Positions 1-10,855 of a stretch of 32,000 bases of DNA are shown here, piece by piece. A program made the position numbers and the translations under genes. Source of the stretch: Wolbachia endosymbiont of Onchocerca ochengi. Its GTDB lineage: Bacteria > Pseudomonadota > Alphaproteobacteria > Rickettsiales > Anaplasmataceae. The notes beneath the pieces are model-generated. The model worked only from the letters and a program-made list of their open reading frames with translations. It was not told the origin of the DNA and did not search any database. Positions within the stretch are counted from its first letter, which is position 1. Every line of letters starts with the position of its first letter. Where the stretch lies: contig NC_018267.1 of assembly GCF_000306885.1 (NCBI RefSeq), positions 690,001-722,000 of the forward strand, given 5' to 3'.

Positions 1-1
1 T

Positions 2-433
2 AAACAAGGGCACGTTTTTGTCGGAAAACGCTTTGAAAGTGACTTTTACTGGCAGATGCCACAAGGAGGGATTAATGATGGTGAAGAGTTAGAGCAGGCA
101 GCATTGCGTGAGTTGCTAGAAGAGGTTGGTACTGATAAAGTAAAGATTGTAGCTAAAAATAAGGGTTGGATATATTATAATTTGCCTGAGAAATTCATAC
201 CAATTTGTTGGGACGGAAGATATTTCGGTCAAAAGCAAAAATGGTTTTTAATGAAATTTTATGGAGAAGATAAGGATATTAATATTAACTATACTGATCA
301 TTCAGAGTTTAAAGAGTGGTATTGGCAAAATGTGGATGATTTAGTAGCCAATGTTATACCTTTTAAAAAAGAAGTTTATAAAACTGTAATAGAAGAGTTT
401 TCTTTTCAAATAAAAATCCCTATTATTGAGTAA
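2..433 (+). CDS. rppH: RNA pyrophosphohydrolase (Nudix hydrolase), 5' end cut by window edge
   Basis: The frame is open from base 2 (KQGHVFVGKRFESDFYWQMPQGG...), upstream of the ATG at 56. A Nudix box is visible (GGINDGEELEQAALRELLEEVG). Confidence 0.85.
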   Translation, partial: KQGHVFVGKRFESDFYWQMPQGGINDGEELEQAALRELLEEVGTDKVKIVAKNKGWIYYNLPEKFIPICWDGRYFGQKQKWFLMKFYGEDKDININYTDHSEFKEWYWQNVDDLVANVIPFKKEVYKTVIEEFSFQIKIPIIE

Positions 434-448
434 CATTTATATGCACTC

Positions 449-1240
449 GTGATAATAGATTCTCATTGCCATTTGATTTATTTCCAAGATAATGAAATAC
501 CAAAAGTGATTTCAAGGGCAAAGCAAAGTGGTGTAAAAATTTTACATAACATATGTACCAGCATTGATGATATTCCTAAACTACTAAAAATTTCCTTATC
601 CTATAATCAGATTTACTCCTCTGTTGGTGTACATCCGCTTGATGCTACTGTAGGGAACGGCGAATTTATACATGTTGATGAATTAGTTGAATTTGCTAAG
701 AATCAAAAGATAATTAGCATCGGTGAAACTGGGTTAGATTTTTATGAGCTTGATAATAAAAATAATCAGAGAAAAAGCTTTGCATCGCACATAGAGGCGG
801 CAAGGATAACAGGGTTACCTTTAGTTATTCATACTAGAAATGCTGATTGTGAGATGATTGATATGTTAAAATCAGAAATGAAAATTGGTGCTTTTAGTGG
901 AGTAGTGCACTGTTTTGCTTCCTCTAAGGAGCTTGCTTACCAAGCTATGGATTTGGGATTGTACATTTCATTTTCTGGAATTATTACTTTTAAAAGTGCT
1001 AATTCACTCAGAAAAATTGCACAAAATGTGCTACGTGGACTTGTTTTAGTTGAAACTGATGCTCCATATTTGTCACCTGAGCCTTATAGAGGGAAAAAAA
1101 ATGAGCCAGCAATGATAAAATATATTATAAATTGTCTAGCGGAGTTATGGAATGAATCACCTAATAAAGTAGCAGAAATAACTACAAATAACTTTTCTAG
1201 GCTGTTTGTGAAACTTAACCCTGAGAAGAAAAATCTATAA
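449..1240 (+). CDS. tatD: TatD-family metal-dependent hydrolase/DNase
   Basis: 263 aa with a GTG start. It has the N-terminal DSHCHL motif and the ETD/HCF motifs typical of TatD hydrolases. Confidence 0.85.
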   Translation: MIIDSHCHLIYFQDNEIPKVISRAKQSGVKILHNICTSIDDIPKLLKISLSYNQIYSSVGVHPLDATVGNGEFIHVDELVEFAKNQKIISIGETGLDFYELDNKNNQRKSFASHIEAARITGLPLVIHTRNADCEMIDMLKSEMKIGAFSGVVHCFASSKELAYQAMDLGLYISFSGIITFKSANSLRKIAQNVLRGLVLVETDAPYLSPEPYRGKKNEPAMIKYIINCLAELWNESPNKVAEITTNNFSRLFVKLNPEKKNL

Positions 1241-1253
1241 ATTATTGATCTGC

Positions 1254-2207
<954 letters not shown>

Positions 2208-2780
2208 CTATTCTTTTGTATCTGTTTTTGCGGCTTTGCCTTCCCAAGGAGATAAGCTATTAAGTATACGAAAATCTTGCGGTAAATCTATAGGATTATA
2301 TACAACCTTTTTTGCTTCTATATCATACTTCACTTCTTCGTAACCAGTAAGAGGGAAATCTTTTAACATAGGGTGACCTTTAAATCCATAATCCGTTAGA
2401 ATCCTACGCAAATCAGGATGATCAGAGAATTCTACTCCATACATATCGAACACTTCACGCTCAAACCAAGAAGCTGTGCTAAATATCTGTGCTATACTTG
2501 GAGGAGTGTCACTCTCATCTAATTGAAGTTTTATATGTAACCTGATATTGTATACGACACTAAGTAAGTTATATATTAATTCAAAACGCTTTTCTCTGTC
2601 TGGATAGTCAACTCCGAAAATATCAATTAATAATTCAAATCTGCATTTTTCATCATCACGCAAGAAAAGCAAGTGATTCTCAATATCGTCTAAGGCTGAA
2701 TATATTATAATAGTACCATCATCTTGTTGAATACATTTACATTTGGTCTTTTTTTGTATATATTTTGCAGTTTTATTCAT
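2208..2780 (-). CDS. nuoC: NADH-quinone oxidoreductase subunit C
   Basis: 190 aa with the conserved ERE(V)FDMYG and HPDLRRIL motifs. It sits in nuoA-B-C order. Confidence 0.92.
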   Translation of the reverse strand: MNKTAKYIQKKTKCKCIQQDDGTIIIYSALDDIENHLLFLRDDEKCRFELLIDIFGVDYPDREKRFELIYNLLSVVYNIRLHIKLQLDESDTPPSIAQIFSTASWFEREVFDMYGVEFSDHPDLRRILTDYGFKGHPMLKDFPLTGYEEVKYDIEAKKVVYNPIDLPQDFRILNSLSPWEGKAAKTDTKE

Positions 2781-2781
2781 T

Positions 2782-3288
2782 CTATATATTCTGGGTTCTT
2801 TTTATTTTGTTTTGTAGGCATAGCATTCCATATAGCAGCGCCTCAGCGGTTGGTGGGCATCCAGGAACGTATATATCAACTGGCACAATTTTATCACAAC
2901 CACGAACCACTGAATAAGAGTAGTGATAATACCCACCACCATTTGCACAACTTCCCATAGAAACAACGTATTTTGGATCTGCCATTTGATCATATACTTT
3001 GCGCAATGCTGCTGCCATTTTATTGGTTAATGTTCCAGCAACAATCATAACGTCCGCTTGTCTTGGACTTGCACGAAACATTATGCCGTATCTATCAAGA
3101 TCGTAACGGCTGGATGCAGTGTGCATCATTTCCACTGCACAGCATGCAAGACCAAATGTCATCGGCCATAATGAACCAGATCTTGCCCAATTAATTACAT
3201 AATCTACTAAATTACCAAATTTAGTAATAAGAAATCCTTCTTTTTTATAAGAACTATAATAGTTATTAGATAAAATTTGACTTTTCAT
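2782..3288 (-). CDS. nuoB: NADH-quinone oxidoreductase subunit B
   Basis: 168 aa with the [17 protein letters not shown] and PGCPP Fe-S ligand motifs. Confidence 0.95.
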   Translation of the reverse strand: MKSQILSNNYYSSYKKEGFLITKFGNLVDYVINWARSGSLWPMTFGLACCAVEMMHTASSRYDLDRYGIMFRASPRQADVMIVAGTLTNKMAAALRKVYDQMADPKYVVSMGSCANGGGYYHYSYSVVRGCDKIVPVDIYVPGCPPTAEALLYGMLCLQNKIKRTQNI

Positions 3289-3292
3289 AAAC

Positions 3293-3646
3293 TTACTCCC
3301 ATTCTAATACGCCTTTACACCACTCATAGATAAAGCCTACAGTAAGAATTGAAAGAAATATCATCATAGACCAAAATCCACAATAACTTATTTTGGATAG
3401 GGAAACAGCCCAGGGGAAAAGAAAGATAACTTCTAAATCAAATATTATAAATAATATTGAAACTAAGTAAAATTTGATGTTAAAAATTTTTCTTGTTCTT
3501 GATAAAGGATTGAAACCACACTCATATGTAGAAAGCTTTTCACTATCCGGATTGCTTACGGCAAGAAATATAGGTAATACACCTAAGGCAAGGGATACTA
3601 CCATTGACACACAAATAAAAATTACTATAGTTAAATATTCACTCAT
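3293..3646 (-). CDS. nuoA: NADH-quinone oxidoreductase subunit A
   Basis: 117 aa with three hydrophobic helices and the YECGF motif. It lies directly upstream of nuoB. Confidence 0.9.
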   Translation of the reverse strand: MSEYLTIVIFICVSMVVSLALGVLPIFLAVSNPDSEKLSTYECGFNPLSRTRKIFNIKFYLVSILFIIFDLEVIFLFPWAVSLSKISYCGFWSMMIFLSILTVGFIYEWCKGVLEWE

Positions 3647-3673
3647 TTAACAAAACATATAGAAAAAGCAACA

Positions 3674-4042
3674 CTATAAATTTACATGCTTCCCTAGTCT
3701 CTTACCACCTAAAATATGTACATGAAAATGTGGCACAACTTGCTCTCCATTTTCACCGTAGTTAGTAACTAACCTGTATCCTGTTTTTTCTAAATTATAT
3801 TTGTATGTTACCTTTCTTACAATTTTAAAGAACCATACTATCTCCTCTGCAGAAGCTTTTAGTATGAAGTCATCGTATGAAATATATTGATTTTTTGGTA
3901 CGACTAAAATATGAACTGGTGCATCAGGATACTTATCATAAAATGCTAATACACCCTCATCTTCATACACTTTCTCGCAAGGTAACTCACCCCTTAATAT
4001 TTTGGCAAAAATATTATTGCTATCATAACCTTTGTTGTTCAT
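3674..4042 (-). CDS. HIT-family (histidine triad) nucleotide hydrolase
   Basis: 122 aa with the histidine triad HFHVHILGG near the C-terminus. Confidence 0.85.
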   Translation of the reverse strand: MNNKGYDSNNIFAKILRGELPCEKVYEDEGVLAFYDKYPDAPVHILVVPKNQYISYDDFILKASAEEIVWFFKIVRKVTYKYNLEKTGYRLVTNYGENGEQVVPHFHVHILGGKRLGKHVNL

Positions 4043-4045
4043 ATT

Positions 4046-4963
4046 TTAAGAACGGCCTTTTCCTTCTTTTTCCTTATTAAATATAAAAGATGGTTCTCTT
4101 ATCTTACTAGAAGAAACACCTTCAAGATTCGAAAGATTACTTTCAACTCTTTTAATTCCAAATTTTCTTGCTTGTTTTCCGATACTTTGTGGTAATTTTA
4201 TAGGAAACATGCCTTCCTTCTTACCATAAGGAAAATTGTTAGGATCAGTGATATTAAAATCTATATTTGCAATAACTTCTAATGATTGTCGTGGTGACTT
4301 TTCTGTATAGCTTATAGCTTTTGATAACCATTTATTACTTTTTTGATATAACATTTCCCCAATACCATATAGTAATTTCTTGTCTGTGTGAGTTACAAAC
4401 TCTCCACCAGCGACTCTTGCCATGCCTTTGAGAGTACGATCAGCTTCATCGTAGATTTTATCAATAACAAGCTGTTTTACTTCCCCTTGGCTCTTTTCCC
4501 TGTATTTAGAATTACTTCTAATACTACTGATGATTTCCTCAACATCGACTGTAATCATAATTCTATTGTTTTCTTTATCCATATGCACGCTTGAGTATCT
4601 ACTGTTTATCTCTTCTATTTTATTTAGCTGTTTTTCAGTTAAACAGGATATATCTCCAATCAAAGTCCTTGAAGCAAGAAAAATTACTAACCCTTTCCCT
4701 TGTTTTATTACTTGTACACCAAGGTTCTTACTAGCTTCCGTGGTTCCTATAGACGGTCTATATTTCTTTTCTTCTTTAGGTACATTTACACCAGCAGTTT
4801 TCTTTAATGAAACTTTAGCATCATGTTGCATTTCATTCATTGAGGCACTTGGCTTCTTCATAGGGTAAATAAGCACTTTAAGCGGAAGAATAGACATGTT
4901 TTTTATAATTTTTATTGCTTTTTTAACTAACTTGCCTACTTTATTCCAGATTGATTCTACCAT
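4046..4963 (-). CDS. hypothetical protein (lysine-rich orphan; no TM segment or signal peptide seen)
   Basis: A 305-aa ORF with an AGGA about 9 nt upstream of the ATG. Its stop is 3 nt before the HIT start, so it looks co-transcribed. I recognise no family motif. Confidence 0.6.
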   Translation of the reverse strand: MVESIWNKVGKLVKKAIKIIKNMSILPLKVLIYPMKKPSASMNEMQHDAKVSLKKTAGVNVPKEEKKYRPSIGTTEASKNLGVQVIKQGKGLVIFLASRTLIGDISCLTEKQLNKIEEINSRYSSVHMDKENNRIMITVDVEEIISSIRSNSKYREKSQGEVKQLVIDKIYDEADRTLKGMARVAGGEFVTHTDKKLLYGIGEMLYQKSNKWLSKAISYTEKSPRQSLEVIANIDFNITDPNNFPYGKKEGMFPIKLPQSIGKQARKFGIKRVESNLSNLEGVSSSKIREPSFIFNKEKEGKGRS

Positions 4964-5088
4964 ATATATTCCTAAAGCATTTTTTACAACTAAATGTTAT
5001 AACACACTTTAACTATAGATAAAAACACTTAAACTCCTATATTTAGAGTAAGGTGAAATTATAGGGATTGCAATCATTATTTATACAC

Positions 5089-5109
5089 ATGCTAAAAAAT
5101 ATTTAGCAT
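5089..5109. promoter_or_regulatory. 21-bp palindrome in the divergent murF/orphan promoter region (candidate operator)
   Basis: ATGCTAAA-aaata-TTTAGCAT. 10 of 10 mirrored positions pair except one central pair. It lies 43 nt upstream of the murF ATG. Confidence 0.3.
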
Positions 5110-5151
5110 CTTAGCTATTTTTATTGTTTAATTTACTTTTAACGTAAAATT

Positions 5152-6645
5152 ATGTTCAAGTGGAATGCAAGCAATATTATCGATGCTACTAATGGAAGAG
5201 AGGAGAGTAGTTGTAATTGGATGCATAGCTCAAATATTTCAATAGATACAAGAAGTATAAAAAAAGGTGATATATTTATTGCTCTCAAGGGGAAAAATTT
5301 TGATGGACACGATTTTCTACATGATGCCTTTTTAAAAGGAGCAACAGTTGCAATAGTAAGCAAGAATAAATATAAGAATTTTCCTTTGATTATTGTGCAA
5401 GATACCTTTAAAGCTTTGCACGACATGGCATCGTATTACGTTAGAAACGTTCTTGCTAATGCTAAGATTATTGCGATTACAGGCAGTATTGGGAAAACTA
5501 CTACAAAGGACATGTTACATATCGTTCTATCGCAATATGGAGTATCTTATGTAACAGAAGGTAATTTAAACAATAATATAGGACTACCCCTAACAGTTTT
5601 AAGAGCTCCAGAAAATTGCCAGTACTTAATTCTTGAAATGGCAATGAATAAAGTTGGTGAAATAAAGAAGTTATCGAAGATTAGTAATCCTGATATTGCA
5701 ATTATTACTAATGTGGAACCTGCGCATGTTGAGAATTTTTCGTCGCTATTTGATATTGCTCAAGCAAAATTGGAAGTTCTGCATGGTATGAAAACTAAAG
5801 GCACTTTAGTTTTGAACAAAGATAGTAAATATTATAATTATCTTTTATCACATGCTAATAGAAATATAGTAAGCTTCGGTAAAGATAAAAATGCTACAGT
5901 TTGTTTACTAGATATAATAGAAAATAATGAATCTTCTGTCTTCATTCCAGCGCCTAGATACTGGAATATAGGAAGTCCAATCGTAAACGAGCGTATCAGA
6001 CGATTATGTAATAAATCAGAGTTGTGCGCTGGAAATCTAGATGTTCATGGATTAGTTTTAAAAATTAGACTGAATAACGATCAAATTATAAACTGTAATT
6101 TATGCTTGAGAGGTGAACATTTTGCGTATTCTGCATTGGCTGTTATAGCAGTTGTACAAGTCCTTGGACTTGATTTATCAAAATTACTACTTGCACTTGA
6201 GAATTTTAGTGTAACCAAAGGTAGAGGCAGTGTTCATAAAGCTAAATATAATGAAAAATATGTATATTTAATTGATGATTCCTATAACGCTAGTCCTACT
6301 TCAATGGAAGCTGCAATAAGAACTTTAGGTACATATTCTAATCAAAGGAAAGTGGCACTACTTGGTGATATGTTAGAGCTTGGTAGTGAAAGCGTAATGT
6401 TTCACAAAAATTTGCTTAAGTCTATTATAGAATATAGCGTGGATAAAGTTTATACGGTTGGCAAATTTATGTTAGAATTGGATAAGCTTCTACCAGGAAA
6501 CATAAGAGGTATGCATTTCAATAGTTCTAATCACTTGAAAAGTGATTTAGCTAGTATTATTCAGGATAATGATGTAATTCTAATTAAAGGTTCGCGGGGA
6601 GTAGAAATGAATCTTGTAGTACAAGAATTCGTAATAGAATATTAG
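5152..6645 (+). CDS. murF: UDP-N-acetylmuramoyl-tripeptide--D-alanyl-D-alanine ligase, with an internal in-frame insertion
   Basis: 497 aa with the Mur ligase P-loop GSIGKTTTKDM and the C-terminal DDSYNASP motif. See the repeat at 5938-6052. Confidence 0.88.
   Translation: MFKWNASNIIDATNGREESSCNWMHSSNISIDTRSIKKGDIFIALKGKNFDGHDFLHDAFLKGATVAIVSKNKYKNFPLIIVQDTFKALHDMASYYVRNVLANAKIIAITGSIGKTTTKDMLHIVLSQYGVSYVTEGNLNNNIGLPLTVLRAPENCQYLILEMAMNKVGEIKKLSKISNPDIAIITNVEPAHVENFSSLFDIAQAKLEVLHGMKTKGTLVLNKDSKYYNYLLSHANRNIVSFGKDKNATVCLLDIIENNESSVFIPAPRYWNIGSPIVNERIRRLCNKSELCAGNLDVHGLVLKIRLNNDQIINCNLCLRGEHFAYSALAVIAVVQVLGLDLSKLLLALENFSVTKGRGSVHKAKYNEKYVYLIDDSYNASPTSMEAAIRTLGTYSNQRKVALLGDMLELGSESVMFHKNLLKSIIEYSVDKVYTVGKFMLELDKLLPGNIRGMHFNSSNHLKSDLASIIQDNDVILIKGSRGVEMNLVVQEFVIEY
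5938..6052. repeat. short palindromic element inserted in frame in murF
   Basis: Nested inverted repeats are present: ATTCCAG 5944-5950 / CTGGAAT 5961-5967; TTCCAGCGC 5945-5953 / GCGCTGGAA 6026-6034; AATCGT 5979-5984 / ACGATT 6000-6005. The boundaries are approximate. Confidence 0.55.
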
Positions 6646-7558
6646 AAAAAACTGTTGTATTAATTCAAGGTTAGGCTGTTAGAAGTTTCAATTGTGATAA
6701 AACGTATAGTTACTTTCGGTAAAACAAGATGTATGGGAAAATATATCATAAAAGCTTGGTAGCGGTCAGGTATATAATAGGAATATTTATCCGTAGTCAG
6801 GGTCAGGGAAAACTGCTTACCTGAAACTGCGTAAAAATTTAGGCTAAACATCAACACCTAAAGGCGACTTTTTTTGATAAAAAATTAATTTCAGAAAGTA
6901 TGAAAGAATATGACACAGCCACGAACTTAGTGAGTATTATATAAAACAAAAAAGCATGATTTTCTATAAATTTTTCTGCTATGGGATAAAGGATGATAAG
7001 TTTCGAAAACATAATAAAAACAGACTAGAAGATGAAAAAAAGCTATAATTTCAGCATTTCTAGAAGCAATAATAACTAAATTAAGTTTTAAATAAATTTT
7101 TGCAAAATTAGCTACTTATTGTAGTACATCTACCGTTAATTGCCAGTGAATTAAATTTTAACCGAGATATGTATGTATAATTGACTTTGCTGAGGTGGTA
7201 TGTAATGTTATTAGCTTTAATAAACAAGATAAAAAATCTATGATATAAGTTAACTGAAGATTTACTTCTTAAAAATTTATTCTTAATATTATTAATAGAA
7301 AATACTTATTAGTTAATGCATTTTTCCTGATGACGAAGCTAATAGCTTTCCTCTTGGAGAAGAAACCTATTTCTCTGTTGCTAAAACCTATAATCCGTGA
7401 TGCAAGCCTTATGCTTATACTTAGCATCAAGTAAAGGTTATGATAAATAGCTCAATTGGAAAGTTAACTGACCCTTGAAATAATAAAAACCATTCATTAC
7501 TAATGGAAAATATAGCACAGAATACTTGGAGATCTATAGAAAGCATTGATGCAAAGAA

Positions 7559-7632
7559 TGCGCCCAGTAGGATTTGAACCTACGACCCACAGCTTAGAAG
7601 GCTGTTGCTCTATCCAGCTGAGCTATGGGCGC
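7559..7632 (-). tRNA. tRNA-Arg (anticodon TCT)
   Basis: The reverse complement folds as a 74-nt cloverleaf: GCGCCCA/TGGGCGC acceptor stem, GCTC/GAGC D stem, ACAGC-CTTCTAA-GCTGT anticodon arm and GTAGG-TTCAAAT-CCTAC T arm. CCA is not encoded. Confidence 0.9.
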
Positions 7633-7824
7633 ACACTATATATAATAAGTAGCTTCTTAACATGTATGGAGTCAAGGTGTTTTGTGTAAACATGGCGTTT
7701 GAATAAGTTTCTAAAAGACCTTGTCACTATAATATGTGATATTAACTTTTTTAGAGTCTATTAATCAAGAATTGGTGACAGAGTTTTAAAAATAAGTTAT
7801 TTTTTATTTTTTAGTAAACGGAGC

Positions 7825-8505
7825 ATGAGTATCAAAATTGCACCTTCTATACTTTCAGCAGACTTTGCAAAATTAGGAGAAGAGATAAAAAAAATCAACA
7901 GCTTAGGTGTAGATTATATCCATATAGATGTTATGGATGGAAATTTTGTTCCAAATATTACAATTGGTCCAAGTGTTATTTCTGCAATACGTAAATATAC
8001 CAGTCTTCTTTTTGACGTGCACCTGATGATTAAATCTCCGAGTAAACATATTGAAAGCTTTATAAATGCTGGTGCTGATATTATTACTGTACATGCAGAA
8101 GCAGAGATACATCTTGAGAAACTGATAGGAAAAATAAAGTCATATAAAAGTACAAATGGTAGAAAAAAAACAGTTCAAGTTGGAGTTTCAATCGTTCCTT
8201 CAACTCCTCCTAGTGTTCTTGAGTACATAATACATGAGCTGGATGTTGTGCTAGTTATGACAGTCAATCCTGGATTTGCTGGACAGAAATTTATTCATTC
8301 ACAACTGAGCAAGATATCTACTGTAAAAAAAATGATACAAGAGCGTGATCTCAAAACGCAAATTTCAGTAGACGGTGGAGTGAGCCTCTTAAACGCAGCT
8401 GATATAGTAAAGGCAGGTGCAGATATCTTAGTTACTGGATCAGCAATATTTAAGACTGAAAATATGAGAAAGACTGTAAATGACTTTAAAAACCTGTTAT
8501 TGTAG
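7825..8505 (+). CDS. rpe: ribulose-phosphate 3-epimerase
   Basis: 226 aa with the APSILSADF and HIDVMDGNFVPN motifs and a C-terminal DGG motif. Confidence 0.9.
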   Translation: MSIKIAPSILSADFAKLGEEIKKINSLGVDYIHIDVMDGNFVPNITIGPSVISAIRKYTSLLFDVHLMIKSPSKHIESFINAGADIITVHAEAEIHLEKLIGKIKSYKSTNGRKKTVQVGVSIVPSTPPSVLEYIIHELDVVLVMTVNPGFAGQKFIHSQLSKISTVKKMIQERDLKTQISVDGGVSLLNAADIVKAGADILVTGSAIFKTENMRKTVNDFKNLLL

Positions 8506-8573
8506 CATAGTTGCGGAAACCTTTATCTAACAGTAAACTAATTATTAATAAAATAATAGAAAGAATCACATTT

Positions 8574-10841
8574 TTAATAGAAGCTAGGTGAAGAGTCATC
8601 ATTACCGAATTGCGTCCTGTTATTTCTATTACCAAATCCAGAACGAGAGCGGATAGGCCGTTTACGGTATCCAGATTTTTTGTTAAATGGAGTATTATAA
8701 TAGCCTCTCTCATTTGAACCATTCTTTTTATCTTCATTATAAAGTTCACCTTCAAAAAACTCACCTGTTTCTTGATCAACACGACGTCTTGACAATTTTG
8801 GACATCCACCTTTTTCAAAGTCAATTACCAATGCTCTAAAAATATCACCGTGTTTAAGTATATCTCCAATAGATTCTATATGTTGATTTGCCACTTCACT
8901 TATATGCATTTTACCTTTCCTTCCATTGAGAAGTTCGAGCTCTACAATAGACTTATCTATTTTTATGACTTTGGCATCAACTATGGCACCTTGCTCTAGT
9001 TCTGTTATTGAATTAATTAGCATGTTTTTTGCAATTTTAGCTTCATTGCTACTCATAGCAAACACAGAAACTTTGCCATCATCTCCTATTTCAACTTTTG
9101 CATTACTTTTTTCACACACATTTCGTATATTTTTTCCTTTAGCACCAATAGCTAAAGAAATTTTATCTTTATCTATATAAAATGATGTCATTCTTGGTGC
9201 ATGACTTTTCACATCATCACTATGTTCTGAAATCACTGCATTCATTTTTTCTAAGATATGTAACCTTCCAGCTTTTGCTTGTTCTAGAGACTTTTCAATG
9301 ATTTCAAAGCTTATACCAGAAACTTTCATGTCCATTTGCAGTGCCGTAATTCCTTCACTAGTTCCTGCTACTTTAAAATCCATATCACCAAGACAATCTT
9401 CATCACCTAATATGTCAGAAAGTACTATATACTCGTTTCTGTCTTTAATGAGGCCCATAGCAATTCCAGCAACGTGAGCCTTTATTGGTACACCTGTATC
9501 CATCAAAGCAAGAGAAGTTCCACAAACTGTTGCCATGGAAGAAGAACCATCTGATTCCATAACTTCAGAGACTACTCTTATTGTATAAGGGAATTCAGAT
9601 TTATCAGGTAAGACAGGATGAATTGCTTTCCAAGCAAGTTTACCATGACCGATTTCTCTCCTTCCTGGTGCACGTGTAGCAAAGGTCTCCCCAACAGCAA
9701 ATGAAGGAAAATTGTAATGCAACATGAAATGTTCACGCCTATCACCTTCGATATCATCTACAATTTGTTCATCCTGTGTAGTACCAAGAGCAGTAACAAC
9801 AAGCACCTGAGTGTTACCTCTTGTAAATAACGCAGAACCATGAGTTCTAGATAAAATATCAACTTCAACTTCTATTTGTCGTATTTCATCGTGTTTACGG
9901 CCATCTATTCTTGTTCCTTTCTTTTTAATTATCTCACGTACTAAAGATCTTTCAAAGCTTTTTATTGCATGCATAACCAGTCTCTCATCCTTTCCAGCTT
10001 CCTTTAAAGGACTTAATATATCACTTCTAAGCACCTCTAAAATTTGAGCTCGCTCTTGTTTTGCTGTTTGTGAATATGCTTTTTTAAAATCCTCACTATG
10101 CCTTTCAAGATCTTGTGTTATGTCTGATATATCAACAGAGGTGAACTTTTTGGGTTTACTATCAACTGTGTTAGCAAACTCCTTTATAAGCTTAATAACA
10201 GGTTGAAGGTGTTCGTGACCAAATTTGATTGCACTTAGAACATTTTCTTCAGAGAGCTCCTTTACTTCTGACTCGACCATTAAAATTGAACGTTCGTCAC
10301 CAGATAAAAACAGATCTAAGTTGCTTATTTTCATCTCTTGGACAGACGGATTGAGTATATAGTTGTTATTTTCATCACAGCCAATCAAAGCTCCAGCTAT
10401 AATAAAGTGAAAAGGAACACCAGAAATTGCAAGGGCTGCAACAGTACCAATCAATGCTGGTACTTCAGGAGGGTTAATGGTATCATAAGTTAACAAATTA
10501 CACACTACACTGATTTCATCATGAAAACCTTCTGGAAATAGTGGCCTTATACTTCTATCTACTACTCTTGAAATTAAAGTTTCTCTGTCAGATGGCTTAC
10601 CTTCTCTTTTTAAAAAACCACCTGGGATTCTACCTATGGCATAGCTTTTTGCGATAAATTGTACGTTGAGAGGTAAAAAATCAATATTTTCTTCTTTCTT
10701 TTTGCGCACGACAGTTACTAGAATACAAGTATCACCATAATTCACAACTACTGAACTATCAGCTTGACGTGCTATTTTCCCTGTTTCCAAAGATAAGGTA
10801 CGGTTACCCCACTCTATTGACTTTCTTATGATTTTAAACAT
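8574..10841 (-). CDS. pnp: polyribonucleotide nucleotidyltransferase (PNPase) with an extended C-terminal tail
   Basis: 755 aa with two RNase PH-like domains (GSSSMATVCG), a KH domain and an S1 domain. It is followed by about 70 aa of low-complexity tail. Confidence 0.95.
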   Translation of the reverse strand: MFKIIRKSIEWGNRTLSLETGKIARQADSSVVVNYGDTCILVTVVRKKKEENIDFLPLNVQFIAKSYAIGRIPGGFLKREGKPSDRETLISRVVDRSIRPLFPEGFHDEISVVCNLLTYDTINPPEVPALIGTVAALAISGVPFHFIIAGALIGCDENNNYILNPSVQEMKISNLDLFLSGDERSILMVESEVKELSEENVLSAIKFGHEHLQPVIKLIKEFANTVDSKPKKFTSVDISDITQDLERHSEDFKKAYSQTAKQERAQILEVLRSDILSPLKEAGKDERLVMHAIKSFERSLVREIIKKKGTRIDGRKHDEIRQIEVEVDILSRTHGSALFTRGNTQVLVVTALGTTQDEQIVDDIEGDRREHFMLHYNFPSFAVGETFATRAPGRREIGHGKLAWKAIHPVLPDKSEFPYTIRVVSEVMESDGSSSMATVCGTSLALMDTGVPIKAHVAGIAMGLIKDRNEYIVLSDILGDEDCLGDMDFKVAGTSEGITALQMDMKVSGISFEIIEKSLEQAKAGRLHILEKMNAVISEHSDDVKSHAPRMTSFYIDKDKISLAIGAKGKNIRNVCEKSNAKVEIGDDGKVSVFAMSSNEAKIAKNMLINSITELEQGAIVDAKVIKIDKSIVELELLNGRKGKMHISEVANQHIESIGDILKHGDIFRALVIDFEKGGCPKLSRRRVDQETGEFFEGELYNEDKKNGSNERGYYNTPFNKKSGYRKRPIRSRSGFGNRNNRTQFGNDDSSPSFY

Positions 10842-10855
10842 ACTGAATTCCTCAA

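Noticed and set aside
6790-6835. A GGTCAGG-containing hairpin (TCAgGGTCAG-ggaaaa-CTGcttACCTGA) that recalled SRP (4.5S) RNA domain IV.
   Set aside because: It lacks the conserved GGAA tetraloop context and the AGCA/AGG asymmetric loop motifs of bacterial SRP RNA. The similarity is limited to a few bases.
6660-6857. A 65-aa ORF on the minus strand in the murF-tRNA spacer.
   Set aside because: It has no ribosome-binding site, an implausible composition and no recognisable motif. It overlaps the region better explained as a decayed P-loop relic on the + strand.
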